Part shown: positions 1 to 9,373 of the stretch, piece by piece
How the letters are laid out: the number at the start of each line of letters is the position of its first letter
How positions within the stretch are numbered: position 1 is the first letter of the stretch
Source of the DNA: Candidatus Poribacteria bacterium
GTDB lineage: Bacteria; Poribacteria; WGA-4E; JAJDTR01
Direction: 5' to 3'
NCBI GenBank assembly: GCA_965232235.1
Contig: OZ246960.1
Coordinates: forward strand, 2,918,536-2,982,535
Length of the DNA: 64,000 nucleotides
The notes under the pieces: model-generated
Database searches by the model: none
What the model was told of the DNA's origin: nothing
The model's input: the letters and a program-made list of their open reading frames with translations, nothing else
Program-made: the position numbers and the translations under genes

Positions 1-1877
1 TGGGCAATGATGGCATCGGACAACTTATTCTGCAGCTTGATGAATTGGCGGAAGATGGCAGTTATCGTATTCGAGTGGTGGCTGTCGACAGGGCTGGCAA
101 TGGGACCGACGCACCATTCGAAAGAACTTTCCTCTTTTCCACGAACCTTCCCACGGTCGTGTCGACCGTTCCTGTAACGGCTCCTGCAGGAAGTGCATTT
201 ATTCGAACGCCACCGGAACAGGTCGAAGTCGAATTTCAGTCATCACCGAATCTGTCTACGGTCAAGCTAATTCACCCTAACGGTACCACCGTGCCCGGAC
301 TACAGATTCGAGATGGGAATCGCCTTATCTACCGTCTGTCACGGGAATTGGCTTCCGATGGCTCGGATGACGGTAGTTACACAATCTTGGTGACACCAGT
401 CAATAGTGCGGGGCGAAGTGGTGAACAGCAGCAGTATAACTTCATGTATGACTCCGTGGCGCCGGAAGTTGAGGGAATCCTACCGGTTGTCGAATCGCCG
501 GGCGTTAACAACGCGTTGAATGAGATTTTGGCGCTTGTCAACGATGCAAGCCCAAGTTCGTCTATTGACTGGGATGAATTGGACGACTCATGGGTGACCT
601 TCGAGAAGATTGGGGTCGAGAAAAATATTCGCGGCAGACTAACAACCGACAGAGACCAACTAATCAGTTTTCACTTGGAATCGCCGTTGGCTTCTGATGG
701 CAGTCAGGACGGGAAGTATCGCGTGATCGTCATGCCACGGGACCGAGCGGGTAATGTCGCCATACCGACAGCCCTTGAGTTTTTCCTCGACACCCGGCCG
801 CCAACTATCCACACCGATTCCCTCCTGATTAATGACCGACCACTATTTGTTAGCACCAAACATCCGGATTATCCCTCCGCGGACGGGAGTGGCAGCGGGG
901 TTGTAATTCAGGCAAGAATGTCCGACTCGGCGCCTGATGGAGCGGCGGGGCTTGGTGTAGATCTTTCGCAGTCATCGATTGTGGTGACTGCACCCGATGG
1001 TACGCCAGTTTCCGGGAACCTGATACAGAACGGTGCGGACACTATCGTGTTCAGGTCGGGCCCGCTGATTGCGGAAGGATTTTACCGAGTTGAAATCACG
1101 AGCGTTGGATTGGATATAGATGGGCTTGGATTTGCACCTACCGGCTCCATTACGACTCAGTTCTTGCATGAAACGAACGAACCTGTTGCGCAATTAACCG
1201 ATTTCGGTGGAAAAACCAGCCTGACCGATCAAGCATTGCCGCTGCGCGGTACGGCGACAGACCCGGTTTCGATTGTGCAGGAGGGGACTGGTGGCGAGCA
1301 AGGTGGTGCTGTTTCGGCGTCGGGAATTGCGTTTGTAGAAATTGTTGGCACGGGGCCAGACGGTGAACCAATCGATCCGGTGCTGGCCGTGGATAGAAGT
1401 GGCGCCGAGTCAGAACCTTGGAGCAGTTGGTCACTTGATTTTCTGCCTGCACGTTCCGGCGGATACGACCTTAATATTCGTGCGACAGACCGAGCCGGCA
1501 ACGTCGCTGTATACGATGGTGTCACTGTCAACCTATCCGTTTCTTTAACGTACCGCGGTTCCACCTATAGTTGGCCCAGCCCGCTAAAACGCTCAACAGG
1601 AGATCGTGCCCATTTTTCTTTTGATGTCAATATACGTAGCGGCTCCAAGATTAACATGACCTTAAGCGTCTATGATTTTTCCGGCGATCTTGTCTTTGAA
1701 GACACCTTCTCTAATATTAGCCCTGGCAGAGACAGCGATCAACTTGTGACATGGAATTTAAGGAACCAAGCCGGTGCGGCGGTTGCCCGCGGAGTCTATA
1801 TTTTCCGTCTTGAAGCCGAGGATATCGCAACCAAGAATCGGAGCAATGCAGTCGGAAAAATGCTCATCATCGAGTGA
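1..1877 (+). CDS. Secreted Ig-like-repeat protein with FlgD-Ig/T9SS-type C-terminal sorting domain; 5' end cut by window edge
   Basis: The frame is already open at nt 3 (GNDGIGQLILQLDEL precedes the TTG listed at 45). A DGSYxIxVxxxDxAGN-like motif recurs about 4 times, as in Ig-like repeats. The last ~90 aa (HFSFDVN..LSVYDFSGDLV..GVYIFRLEAED) resemble the FlgD-Ig type CTD of type IX secretion cargo. Confidence 0.6.
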   Translation, partial: GNDGIGQLILQLDELAEDGSYRIRVVAVDRAGNGTDAPFERTFLFSTNLPTVVSTVPVTAPAGSAFIRTPPEQVEVEFQSSPNLSTVKLIHPNGTTVPGLQIRDGNRLIYRLSRELASDGSDDGSYTILVTPVNSAGRSGEQQQYNFMYDSVAPEVEGILPVVESPGVNNALNEILALVNDASPSSSIDWDELDDSWVTFEKIGVEKNIRGRLTTDRDQLISFHLESPLASDGSQDGKYRVIVMPRDRAGNVAIPTALEFFLDTRPPTIHTDSLLINDRPLFVSTKHPDYPSADGSGSGVVIQARMSDSAPDGAAGLGVDLSQSSIVVTAPDGTPVSGNLIQNGADTIVFRSGPLIAEGFYRVEITSVGLDIDGLGFAPTGSITTQFLHETNEPVAQLTDFGGKTSLTDQALPLRGTATDPVSIVQEGTGGEQGGAVSASGIAFVEIVGTGPDGEPIDPVLAVDRSGAESEPWSSWSLDFLPARSGGYDLNIRATDRAGNVAVYDGVTVNLSVSLTYRGSTYSWPSPLKRSTGDRAHFSFDVNIRSGSKINMTLSVYDFSGDLVFEDTFSNISPGRDSDQLVTWNLRNQAGAAVARGVYIFRLEAEDIATKNRSNAVGKMLIIE

Positions 1878-1973
1878 CAAAGCTCCTTACTGGCAACGGG
1901 CAGCACTTGGGATAGAAACGAAAATGCCTTGCCGACATCTGTATGATTTTACGCATGGAAAGAGGAGATTCTA

Positions 1974-2927
1974 GTGCAAAGAATCGTCATATGTGTTAGC
2001 CTCTGTTTTGTTAGTCTGTCCGGTTGGGCAGCCAATATTCATGATGACGCCGGGACGGCAGGTGCAGCCTTTCTCAAGATTGATGGGGGTAGCCGACCAG
2101 CGGGCATGGGGGGCGCATTTGTTGGGCTTGCGAATGACATAAATACGATATTCTCGAATCCTGCAGGGTTAACTACTGTTCAGGCGCACGAACTGACGGC
2201 AATGCAAAATTTCGCATTTGCGGATATCAGTAACCAGTCGATTGGTTATGCACAACGTGAAGGCAACCTCGTTTGGGGCGCGAGTTTTCTAGGGGCTTTT
2301 ACTGAAATTGAACGTCGGATTGGCCCAAGCGATAATCCGGACAGCACGGTGAACGTCGGCGGATTTGCAGCAGGTCTCTCCCTTGCTTATCCTATATCCA
2401 GAAAGATTTCGGTTGGTGCGACGGGGAAAGCAATTTCGCAGCAACTCGATCTCCAAAATTCATTTGGTGGAGCAATTGATATAGGGGCTGTTTGGCGCGC
2501 AGTGGATAACCGCTTGGGGGTCGGAATCACCGCGCAGAATTTGGGGGTGCTCGACGAAAGTGAAGCTCTACCGAGAAGCATACGCGGAGGGTTTGCCTAC
2601 CATGTTCAAACGCCTTCAATTCAAGTTGAGGACGTACCGCCAAAGAATCTTTTCTCAATCGTTGCCGATATTGATGTGCCGATGATTGCAGCCTATCCTA
2701 CACTTCACATCGGAGCCGAGAATTGGTTTTATGATCTGATTGCGGCTCGAATCGGTTATAGCATCAGCAAGGGTGAAAACCCCAACAACGGAGTCACAAT
2801 TGGAATCGGAATTCGTCGCAAGGGTGAAGATTCCCTCAAAAGCATCCGATTTCAATTTGATTACGCGCTCGTCCCCGACGCAGATGTCGGAAACGCCCAC
2901 CGGCTAGCATTTATCACGCGATTCTAG
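1974..2927 (+). CDS. PorV/PorQ-family outer-membrane beta-barrel protein (T9SS-associated)
   Basis: GTG start lies 6 nt after GGAG (1964-1967). It has a signal peptide, the N-terminal motif AGTAGAAFLKIDGGSRPAGMGGAFVGLANDINTIFSNPAGL typical of PorV/UPF0164 barrels, and a C-terminal aromatic residue (..FITRF). Confidence 0.6.
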   Translation: MQRIVICVSLCFVSLSGWAANIHDDAGTAGAAFLKIDGGSRPAGMGGAFVGLANDINTIFSNPAGLTTVQAHELTAMQNFAFADISNQSIGYAQREGNLVWGASFLGAFTEIERRIGPSDNPDSTVNVGGFAAGLSLAYPISRKISVGATGKAISQQLDLQNSFGGAIDIGAVWRAVDNRLGVGITAQNLGVLDESEALPRSIRGGFAYHVQTPSIQVEDVPPKNLFSIVADIDVPMIAAYPTLHIGAENWFYDLIAARIGYSISKGENPNNGVTIGIGIRRKGEDSLKSIRFQFDYALVPDADVGNAHRLAFITRF

Positions 2928-3032
2928 CAGCCATTCCATTCGACGAACATCTCCGCTCAACACAGACTCCTTCCCGTGTCACAGTCAACTTGCCTAACAT
3001 AGTCAATTCCATTCATATTTACATATATTTTG

Positions 3033-3059
3033 GTAGGTGCGGTTTCCAACCGCACCTAC
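3033..3059. repeat. Perfect 12-bp inverted repeat hairpin GTAGGTGCGGTT-tcc-AACCGCACCTAC, related to the tail module of the dispersed repeat family
   Basis: Read directly: 3033-3044 is the exact reverse complement of 3048-3059. No T-run follows on either strand. The same GTAGGTG..GGTTTCC..AACCGCACC words recur at 17606-17631, 31569-31591, 35429-35455, 37466-37485 and 38113-38192. Confidence 0.8.
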
Positions 3060-3329
3060 GGGATCGTATAAATTCTTGGTTTTACTATAAACCGCGTCCG
3101 CCTCCAGTTGCAAACGTCGCATTTTTGATACTTACGGTGCAAGTCATACCACAATTTTCCCTCTCAACTCACCTCGAAATCAATCTTTTTGGACTAATTC
3201 TACTTGGTTAGGAAATTGCAATGCGTTGGGGTCATAGTGTTAGTGGTTTATGCTTGACTCTATGATTTGTCGTAGTAAACTCGATGAGTCCTCTTAACTC
3301 GATTAGGTTCAAACACCTGAAATCATTTA

Positions 3330-5696
3330 GTGATACGCTTGGCATCAAGTCGAAAGAAAAATGGTCTGATGTGCCAAAGATTTGGTAGGAACAACGGCGT
3401 CCTAATATTTTTGTTGATAACGATTTTTCCAACGCTCCTATTTGCTCGGGGGACCGGACGTATCAACGGGTACTTGTATGACAAGGTCACCGGAGAACCG
3501 CTCCCCTATGCGAATGTAATGTTGCAAAACACCCAGTTTGCCGCAACAACCGATGTGCGTGGATATTATGTATTGAGCGGCATACCACCGGGTAAATTCA
3601 ATCTAATCGTATCAGCGAAACGATTTGAGCGGGTCGAAAAGGAAATAGAAGTTCAATCCGACGGTGAAATGAGATTGGACATTGAGGTCGTACCGGCAGC
3701 TATCCAACTTGATGAAGTGGAGGTAACTGGCGAAAAAACGCGATTCAAAGAAGAGGTGGAAATCAGCCGCACTAATATCAGTTTCCAAGAGATCGTCAAT
3801 ACCCCATCATTTGTTGAAGCCGATGTATTTCGGACAATACAGCAACTCCCAAGCGTCTCTTCACAAAGCGACTTTAGTTCTGCGCTGGTCGTGCGTGGTG
3901 GTAGTCCCGATGAAAACCTGATATTGGTTGATGGCGCGGAGATTTATAATCCGTATCATCTTGTCGGGTTATTCTCGACGTTTAACGCCGATACCATTGC
4001 TGATGCGAAATTCTTGGCTGGCGGTTATCCCGCAGAATACCCCGGAAGATTGTCCTCCGTTTTGGACATTACATCAAGAGAGGGCAAGCAAGTCAAAGGA
4101 AAGGGAGAAATCTCACTCCTCAGTAGCAAAATGATGTTGGAAGGGCCGTTCTATAAGGGCGCCTGGATTATATCCGGTAGAAGGACCTATTTTGATCTCA
4201 TTGCAGACCGGTTCAATCAAGCAAGAGGAGAGGATCAGGACTGGAAATACTATTTTTGGGACGGCCAAATCAAGATTTTTAGCGACCTGAATTCCGAAAA
4301 CAGATTGACGTTTTCGACCTTCGACGGGCGCGATGTCTTGAAGTTCTTCTTCGATGAGGAGAATTCTGATGAAAAGACAGATTTTAGCTGGGATTGGGGA
4401 AATAACGCTCCCAGTCTAAAGTGGCGGTTTGTTCCTAACGCAACGTTCTTCTCGGAATTTGTGCTGACACACTCGAATTTTGATTTTGACTTAAATCTGA
4501 AAACCACAGAGATTGACAGTGATGGAAACCAAGATGAAACAATCGCCAGCGCCATCAATCAAATTCGGGATTTTTCAGCCTCGGAGCAGTTGACATGGTA
4601 TCTCTCTCCTAAGCACACCCTCAAAATGGGAGCGGCGATAAAGAATCTAAGCATGAAATTCAACTTTCATGTGGATAACGTCAATTTCTTTGACATCAAG
4701 CAAAGCCCTCACGTCCTCAGCGCTTTTTTTCAGGATAGATGGAAGGTCAATAACCTGCTCTCACTTCAACTGGGATTGCGGGGTGCCAAATATGAGTTAC
4801 ATGATAATATCTATCTCGATCCGCGTATCGGATTCAAATACTTGTTGTCTGAAGACTGGGCATTCAAGGGGAGTTGGGGCAGGTTCAATCAATTCCTTTT
4901 CACCGTCAATGATGAAGATCAAGTGCTTCAGATAGTCGATTTTTGGTTGCCGGTACCCGAAGAATTTGATGCGATCAAAAACCAGCATTTCATCCTTGGA
5001 ATAGAAAGATGGTTCAATCCGGGATTTACCGGGTCGATTGAAACCTATTATAAACCCTATAGCAATGTCCTCACCAACAATCCTGGTAACGATCCTGGTA
5101 TAGAGCTTGATGAATTCATAGCCGGTACAGGACGCGTGTGGGGATTAGAGTTATTTCTGAAGAAAACTACCGGAAAAGTTTCAGGTTGGCTAGGCTATTC
5201 ATACTCTAATGTTGAACGACGATTCGATTTCAACGGCGATGGGAAGTTCGAAGAAACGGAAAACCAAGCGTCCGAGATTTATGCGCCGAAATATTCTAGA
5301 CCACATTCGCTCAACTTGGTTGCCAGTTATCAGGTGAGTAAGAGAAATCGGGTGTCGCTGTCCTGGACCATGTCTAGCGGTCAACCGTACACACCGGTCG
5401 TCGGCAAAGTCTATCATGAGGACGGTGCACTGGATGATCCCTACGCGCGAGTTATCAGTATTCAGGGTAGACGGAATTCTTCCCGTTATCCGGCCTATAT
5501 TCGAGGAGATATCGCATGGATCAGAGACATCTCCCCCTTTGGAGTAAACGGGAAATTTAAGCTTCAGGTCATCAATTTTACAAATCACTACAACTATCTA
5601 GTCTATCTTTGGAATCATGATAGTTCGCCTTCAGAAGTTCGATCCATCAGCATGTTCCCAATCATCCCGTCTTTTGGATTGGAATTCGAGTTCTAG
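3330..5696 (+). CDS. TonB-dependent receptor with N-terminal carboxypeptidase-regulatory-like domain
   Basis: 788 aa. N-terminal GRINGYLYDKVTGEPLPYANVML..GYYVLSGIPPGKFNL looks like a CarboxypepD_reg fold. A plug region follows (DVFRTIQQLPSVS..LVVRGGSPDENLILVDG), then a long beta-barrel ending in an aromatic residue (..FGLEFEF). Start is GTG 3330 or ATG 3369. Confidence 0.85.
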   Translation: MIRLASSRKKNGLMCQRFGRNNGVLIFLLITIFPTLLFARGTGRINGYLYDKVTGEPLPYANVMLQNTQFAATTDVRGYYVLSGIPPGKFNLIVSAKRFERVEKEIEVQSDGEMRLDIEVVPAAIQLDEVEVTGEKTRFKEEVEISRTNISFQEIVNTPSFVEADVFRTIQQLPSVSSQSDFSSALVVRGGSPDENLILVDGAEIYNPYHLVGLFSTFNADTIADAKFLAGGYPAEYPGRLSSVLDITSREGKQVKGKGEISLLSSKMMLEGPFYKGAWIISGRRTYFDLIADRFNQARGEDQDWKYYFWDGQIKIFSDLNSENRLTFSTFDGRDVLKFFFDEENSDEKTDFSWDWGNNAPSLKWRFVPNATFFSEFVLTHSNFDFDLNLKTTEIDSDGNQDETIASAINQIRDFSASEQLTWYLSPKHTLKMGAAIKNLSMKFNFHVDNVNFFDIKQSPHVLSAFFQDRWKVNNLLSLQLGLRGAKYELHDNIYLDPRIGFKYLLSEDWAFKGSWGRFNQFLFTVNDEDQVLQIVDFWLPVPEEFDAIKNQHFILGIERWFNPGFTGSIETYYKPYSNVLTNNPGNDPGIELDEFIAGTGRVWGLELFLKKTTGKVSGWLGYSYSNVERRFDFNGDGKFEETENQASEIYAPKYSRPHSLNLVASYQVSKRNRVSLSWTMSSGQPYTPVVGKVYHEDGALDDPYARVISIQGRRNSSRYPAYIRGDIAWIRDISPFGVNGKFKLQVINFTNHYNYLVYLWNHDSSPSEVRSISMFPIIPSFGLEFEF

Positions 5697-5706
5697 GAGC
5701 AAAACC

Positions 5707-6708
5707 GTGCGAATTATAAGAATTTCGATGATTATGCTTTTGTCCACGATTTTTGTCTCATGCGAGCGAGAACTGGATGTTGCCGATTTCAGAGATGATT
5801 TCGGAAATTACCAACCGGAATTAAAAGTTACGGGGCGGCTTCGGCAGGATAATCCGGCAGATTCCATCATCCGGATAATAAGAACCGAGGCGATTACGGA
5901 TTCCGATGTATTCGACGGAATTGATAATGACGGAGATGGGAGAATCGATGAATACGATGAAACCCTCCCGCTTATCCAAGATACGACGGCTATCGTCACA
6001 GTGACAAATTTGAAGTCGGGTGAAGAATACGAGTTTCAGTATGTTGAGTTGGCTGATAGGATTGTCATTCGGTTTCATGAAGATTCCTTCGGCGAAGGTG
6101 TCACAAATGAAATCCCTGATGGAGGCTACAAACCCAAGTCAAACCGTTTTCAGGTTGAACTCTACGCCCCATATCGAATTGAAGTCTATTCCAAAGCGTT
6201 CGATAAAACGATTACCGGTGTAACTACGGTTTATCCACCGGTTGAATTCATCGATATTGATACACTCTTGACCTTTGATGACGACCACATAACACTAAAG
6301 ACCAATGATGAAAAGGCAATCTTTTGGAAATCGGATTTGAATGTAACTTCATACTTCGTTACAGTTGATGTATCGGAGCGCATCCATGAAGATAAACCGG
6401 GATCTGGATTCGTCACTTCAACTTCATACTCATCTTCATCATCCAGGGATAACGATCTGACGGAAAAGCATGGCATTTCTATCGGAAAAGAAAACTTCTT
6501 TGTGAGCCGGGCCTCAAATGCTGGCAAGGTCCTAAGAATCACGGTTGAAGCGCTCAGTCCGGAATATGGAAGTTATGTCTTTTCATCACTGCCATTGAAT
6601 GATGCGCGAAGATCAAATCTTCGGGATCAAGACGGGAAACCTGTGATGGGTGCTTTCGGCGCTACCGCGGCGACAAGCGTACATGTGGCGATAGAGGAAG
6701 CTAGATGA
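5707..6708 (+). CDS. Lipoprotein partnered with the TonB receptor (DUF4249-like, tentative)
   Basis: AGGAG (5695-5699) lies 7 nt before GTG 5707. It has a lipoprotein signal (VRIIRISMIMLLSTIFVSC) and a Ca-binding-like DGIDNDGDGRIDEYDE motif. The family name is from memory of the TBDR+DUF4249 gene pairing. Confidence 0.5.
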   Translation: MRIIRISMIMLLSTIFVSCERELDVADFRDDFGNYQPELKVTGRLRQDNPADSIIRIIRTEAITDSDVFDGIDNDGDGRIDEYDETLPLIQDTTAIVTVTNLKSGEEYEFQYVELADRIVIRFHEDSFGEGVTNEIPDGGYKPKSNRFQVELYAPYRIEVYSKAFDKTITGVTTVYPPVEFIDIDTLLTFDDDHITLKTNDEKAIFWKSDLNVTSYFVTVDVSERIHEDKPGSGFVTSTSYSSSSSRDNDLTEKHGISIGKENFFVSRASNAGKVLRITVEALSPEYGSYVFSSLPLNDARRSNLRDQDGKPVMGAFGATAATSVHVAIEEAR

Positions 6709-6998
6709 GGCGAAGCGTTCGCATAATCTGAAGCCAATCTCGGAAGTACCGCTGTCATCTTCAGTTTTATAGGGCTTCGGTTGAATACATTTGTGACCTC
6801 CAAAATGCCGAAACATGGTCTTGCCACCTAATTCTCAAACAGGTTCTAAAGGAAGTGGGATTCGTATATAGCCATATACCGAATCTTTTGATAGAAAAGA
6901 TAGGTGTGGGGGCGAGGTACTTTTGGCGAAGTGCTTTTTCTTTCCCCTATACCTTCCACTCACCACTTACTTACATTTAATGCCAATAGGGGGCTATC

Positions 6999-7637
6999 AT
7001 GTACAAGCGAATAGTAACAACAGTCATCACAGCAATAGTGCTTGTTGCAGTAGGAAGCCTTGGTATGTATCTCTATATGGTATCTCCACCGATCCCAAAG
7101 GTGAGGAAGCCTGAAATGGCATCCCATAAAGAGTTGGAACCTGAAGTATCAGAAGCTATTCCTGATGTTACTGATATAGAAGTTGAGGAATTTCTAGCTA
7201 TAGTTGAAGAATCAGAAACAGAGGAAGTATCAGTATCCCCCTATGGTTTTGGACCTTATCCTGAAGTGCCGTCAGATTACCCCGAGGAAGTAGCATGGGA
7301 ACAAGATATACCTGAAGGCATGGGTAAACTCGCTGAGTTATTCGATAGAGTCTTAATTGAATTGTGGAATAGAGGAAACAAGGTTACATCTATCTCTGGT
7401 AACAGTTATAGAATGTACCCAAAATTACCAGACACTATTTATGTTACTTGGGGATACGACACAGATGAAGATGGGAATCAATCAAGGTATGCTAGCATAT
7501 TATCGTCTGGTACAGGTGTAAGTGAGGAAACACTTGATTCTATTGTTGATACAGGCGTTGTACCACAAGGTATAACGGTGTTAGATTATGAGTCAGACTA
7601 CATTGACCCATATGATTTTCTTAACCTTAAACGCTGA
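6999..7637 (+). CDS. Hypothetical membrane-anchored acidic protein
   Basis: Single N-terminal TM helix (IVTTVITAIVLVAVGSLGMYLYMV) followed by an acidic, Glu-rich region. No family recognised. Confidence 0.5.
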   Translation: MYKRIVTTVITAIVLVAVGSLGMYLYMVSPPIPKVRKPEMASHKELEPEVSEAIPDVTDIEVEEFLAIVEESETEEVSVSPYGFGPYPEVPSDYPEEVAWEQDIPEGMGKLAELFDRVLIELWNRGNKVTSISGNSYRMYPKLPDTIYVTWGYDTDEDGNQSRYASILSSGTGVSEETLDSIVDTGVVPQGITVLDYESDYIDPYDFLNLKR

Positions 7638-7866
7638 AAGATGAATTTACCCTCAAAAACTAGACAGTACATTAAGGTGGATTTCGGGCTGGCAAAACGG
7701 TCATGTTAGGAGTCATAATGTTGGTGGACTACGCTTGCACCAAGGACGTGTTGTGGCGAACTCAAAGAATCGTCATCGCGATAGGGATGAGTTGATTATC
7801 GCCGCTGCACAGATGAGCAACAATTTATTTCCCACCGTTCAAGCGAGGTGGAATCAGGAGGAAAAA

Positions 7867-8547
7867 GTGCGAGCAAAAAGATTTCATAGTTGTATAGTGC
7901 TGTTACTGTTGTCGGGAGGTTTCTGGACCGGGTGTGCCGCGAGAATCGTAGATGATTCACAACTCCAATATCTCGACCCGGAATTTACGGTTAACTCGCT
8001 CTTCGATCACGGTTTGGGCCTACTCCCCGTGGTTGCGGGGCAAGGCCAGGAGGGATTGCGCAGACCGTTAGCAGCAAAACTTGAAGCCCATCTTGCCACT
8101 CAATTGCCGGAGGGAAGATTTTATGGAGCAATTCAGACGCTCGATCTGATTAACGAAGCGAGCTTGACTGAAGACTATGCACAGATGATTGGTGACTACG
8201 AGCAAGCCGCGATCCTCAATAGGAGAACACTCCACGCAATTGGTAAAGCGACAGGAATTAGATACCTCCTGCACGTGAAACTCTTAGATCAGTCTCGTAC
8301 CGAAAGATTAGCACCTGCGTTTCTATCTGACGAGGTCGTTAGCTTAGAGGGCAAAAACGTTAGTATCTTCGGACAGGTTTGGGATTGTGGGGTAGGTGAC
8401 GTTGTTTGGGAGGGTACGGGCGAAGTTGCTGCCGAGGCGGAAGTTGAATTCCAATATGTAAAACATGACATTGATTATCTGGTGAGAATGGCGGCACATT
8501 CTTTCCTGAACAACCTTCCGGGCATTGCAATTCCTCGCACCAATTAG
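7867..8547 (+). CDS. Hypothetical lipoprotein
   Basis: The ORF is listed from 7735, but a strong AGGAGG lies 5 nt before in-frame GTG 7867. That start gives a lipoprotein signal VRAKRFHSCIVLLLLSGGFWTGC. No family recognised. Confidence 0.55.
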   Translation: MRAKRFHSCIVLLLLSGGFWTGCAARIVDDSQLQYLDPEFTVNSLFDHGLGLLPVVAGQGQEGLRRPLAAKLEAHLATQLPEGRFYGAIQTLDLINEASLTEDYAQMIGDYEQAAILNRRTLHAIGKATGIRYLLHVKLLDQSRTERLAPAFLSDEVVSLEGKNVSIFGQVWDCGVGDVVWEGTGEVAAEAEVEFQYVKHDIDYLVRMAAHSFLNNLPGIAIPRTN

Positions 8548-8586
8548 GCGAGAATTGACCATATTATCTGATGAAGGTATAAACAC

Positions 8587-9261
8587 ATGAGAATCACAAG
8601 CACTACCAATCAATCTCTTAATGTGGCTTGGACGTTAAGCATGGGAATCGCTTTGACCGTGTTGTGTTTTCTATTCCTCGGTTGCGGCGGGTCAACCCGG
8701 AACGATCCATATCGTATTCCCGAACTTAAGCCGACAGGTTCCGGCAAAACTACGGTTCCCCAAAAATCCGTCACGGAACCGTCGTCATTACCGCCGAGCG
8801 CCGAAGTTAGCCAAGGTCGACTTCGTCCGTTGGTTGAAACCTTCAAATCACAACAGCCACAGAATTTCAATGCACTTAACGCTACCACGGTTGGCAGAGC
8901 ATACGGCCTCACGATCTTGTCCAACTGCGATTTAGATGTTTTGAAGGCGTTCATTGTTAAGGGATGGGCACCGATTGTGTCTTTACGCACTAGCGGACGC
9001 TCACGACTTTGGGCTATGGTCGGATACAGTCCAGCTGGTGAGGTTGTACTGGAGAACCCGGTGGACAATCGGAGGAGAACCTTGTCGGAAGGGGAATTCA
9101 CAACTCAATGGGAATTGGCTTCGGCTACCAGATGCGCCCTAATCACACCGGGCAGGTTAGATCAAGCGAAAGTCCAGATGGCGCTAGATCGGTATCTTCC
9201 TCAATCCAAAGTCGAGCGGGTTAGAGTATCTCGGTCTACGCAAGGGCGCGCTCGTAACTGA
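8587..9261 (+). CDS. Hypothetical lipoprotein
   Basis: Lipobox FLFLGCGG lies after a hydrophobic segment. An alternative start is ATG 8641. No family recognised. Confidence 0.55.
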   Translation: MRITSTTNQSLNVAWTLSMGIALTVLCFLFLGCGGSTRNDPYRIPELKPTGSGKTTVPQKSVTEPSSLPPSAEVSQGRLRPLVETFKSQQPQNFNALNATTVGRAYGLTILSNCDLDVLKAFIVKGWAPIVSLRTSGRSRLWAMVGYSPAGEVVLENPVDNRRRTLSEGEFTTQWELASATRCALITPGRLDQAKVQMALDRYLPQSKVERVRVSRSTQGRARN

Positions 9262-9373
9262 CCGTTTTGGTTCTTCGTCACGATTCGGACTGGAATCTGT
9301 GTGAAAGCAGTCATAATTCACACTGTTAAGATAAAATAGGGGACTGGTGTCCGATAGGAAGGAGGTTATGTAG

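Noticed and set aside
7735-7866. N-terminal 44-codon extension of the lipoprotein ORF. It contains CATCGCGATAGGGATGAG, which vaguely resembles a repeat unit.
   Set aside because: A strong AGGAGG + GTG at 7867 gives a clean lipoprotein signal, so the extension is probably non-coding. The repeat similarity is too short (about 12 nt) to claim.
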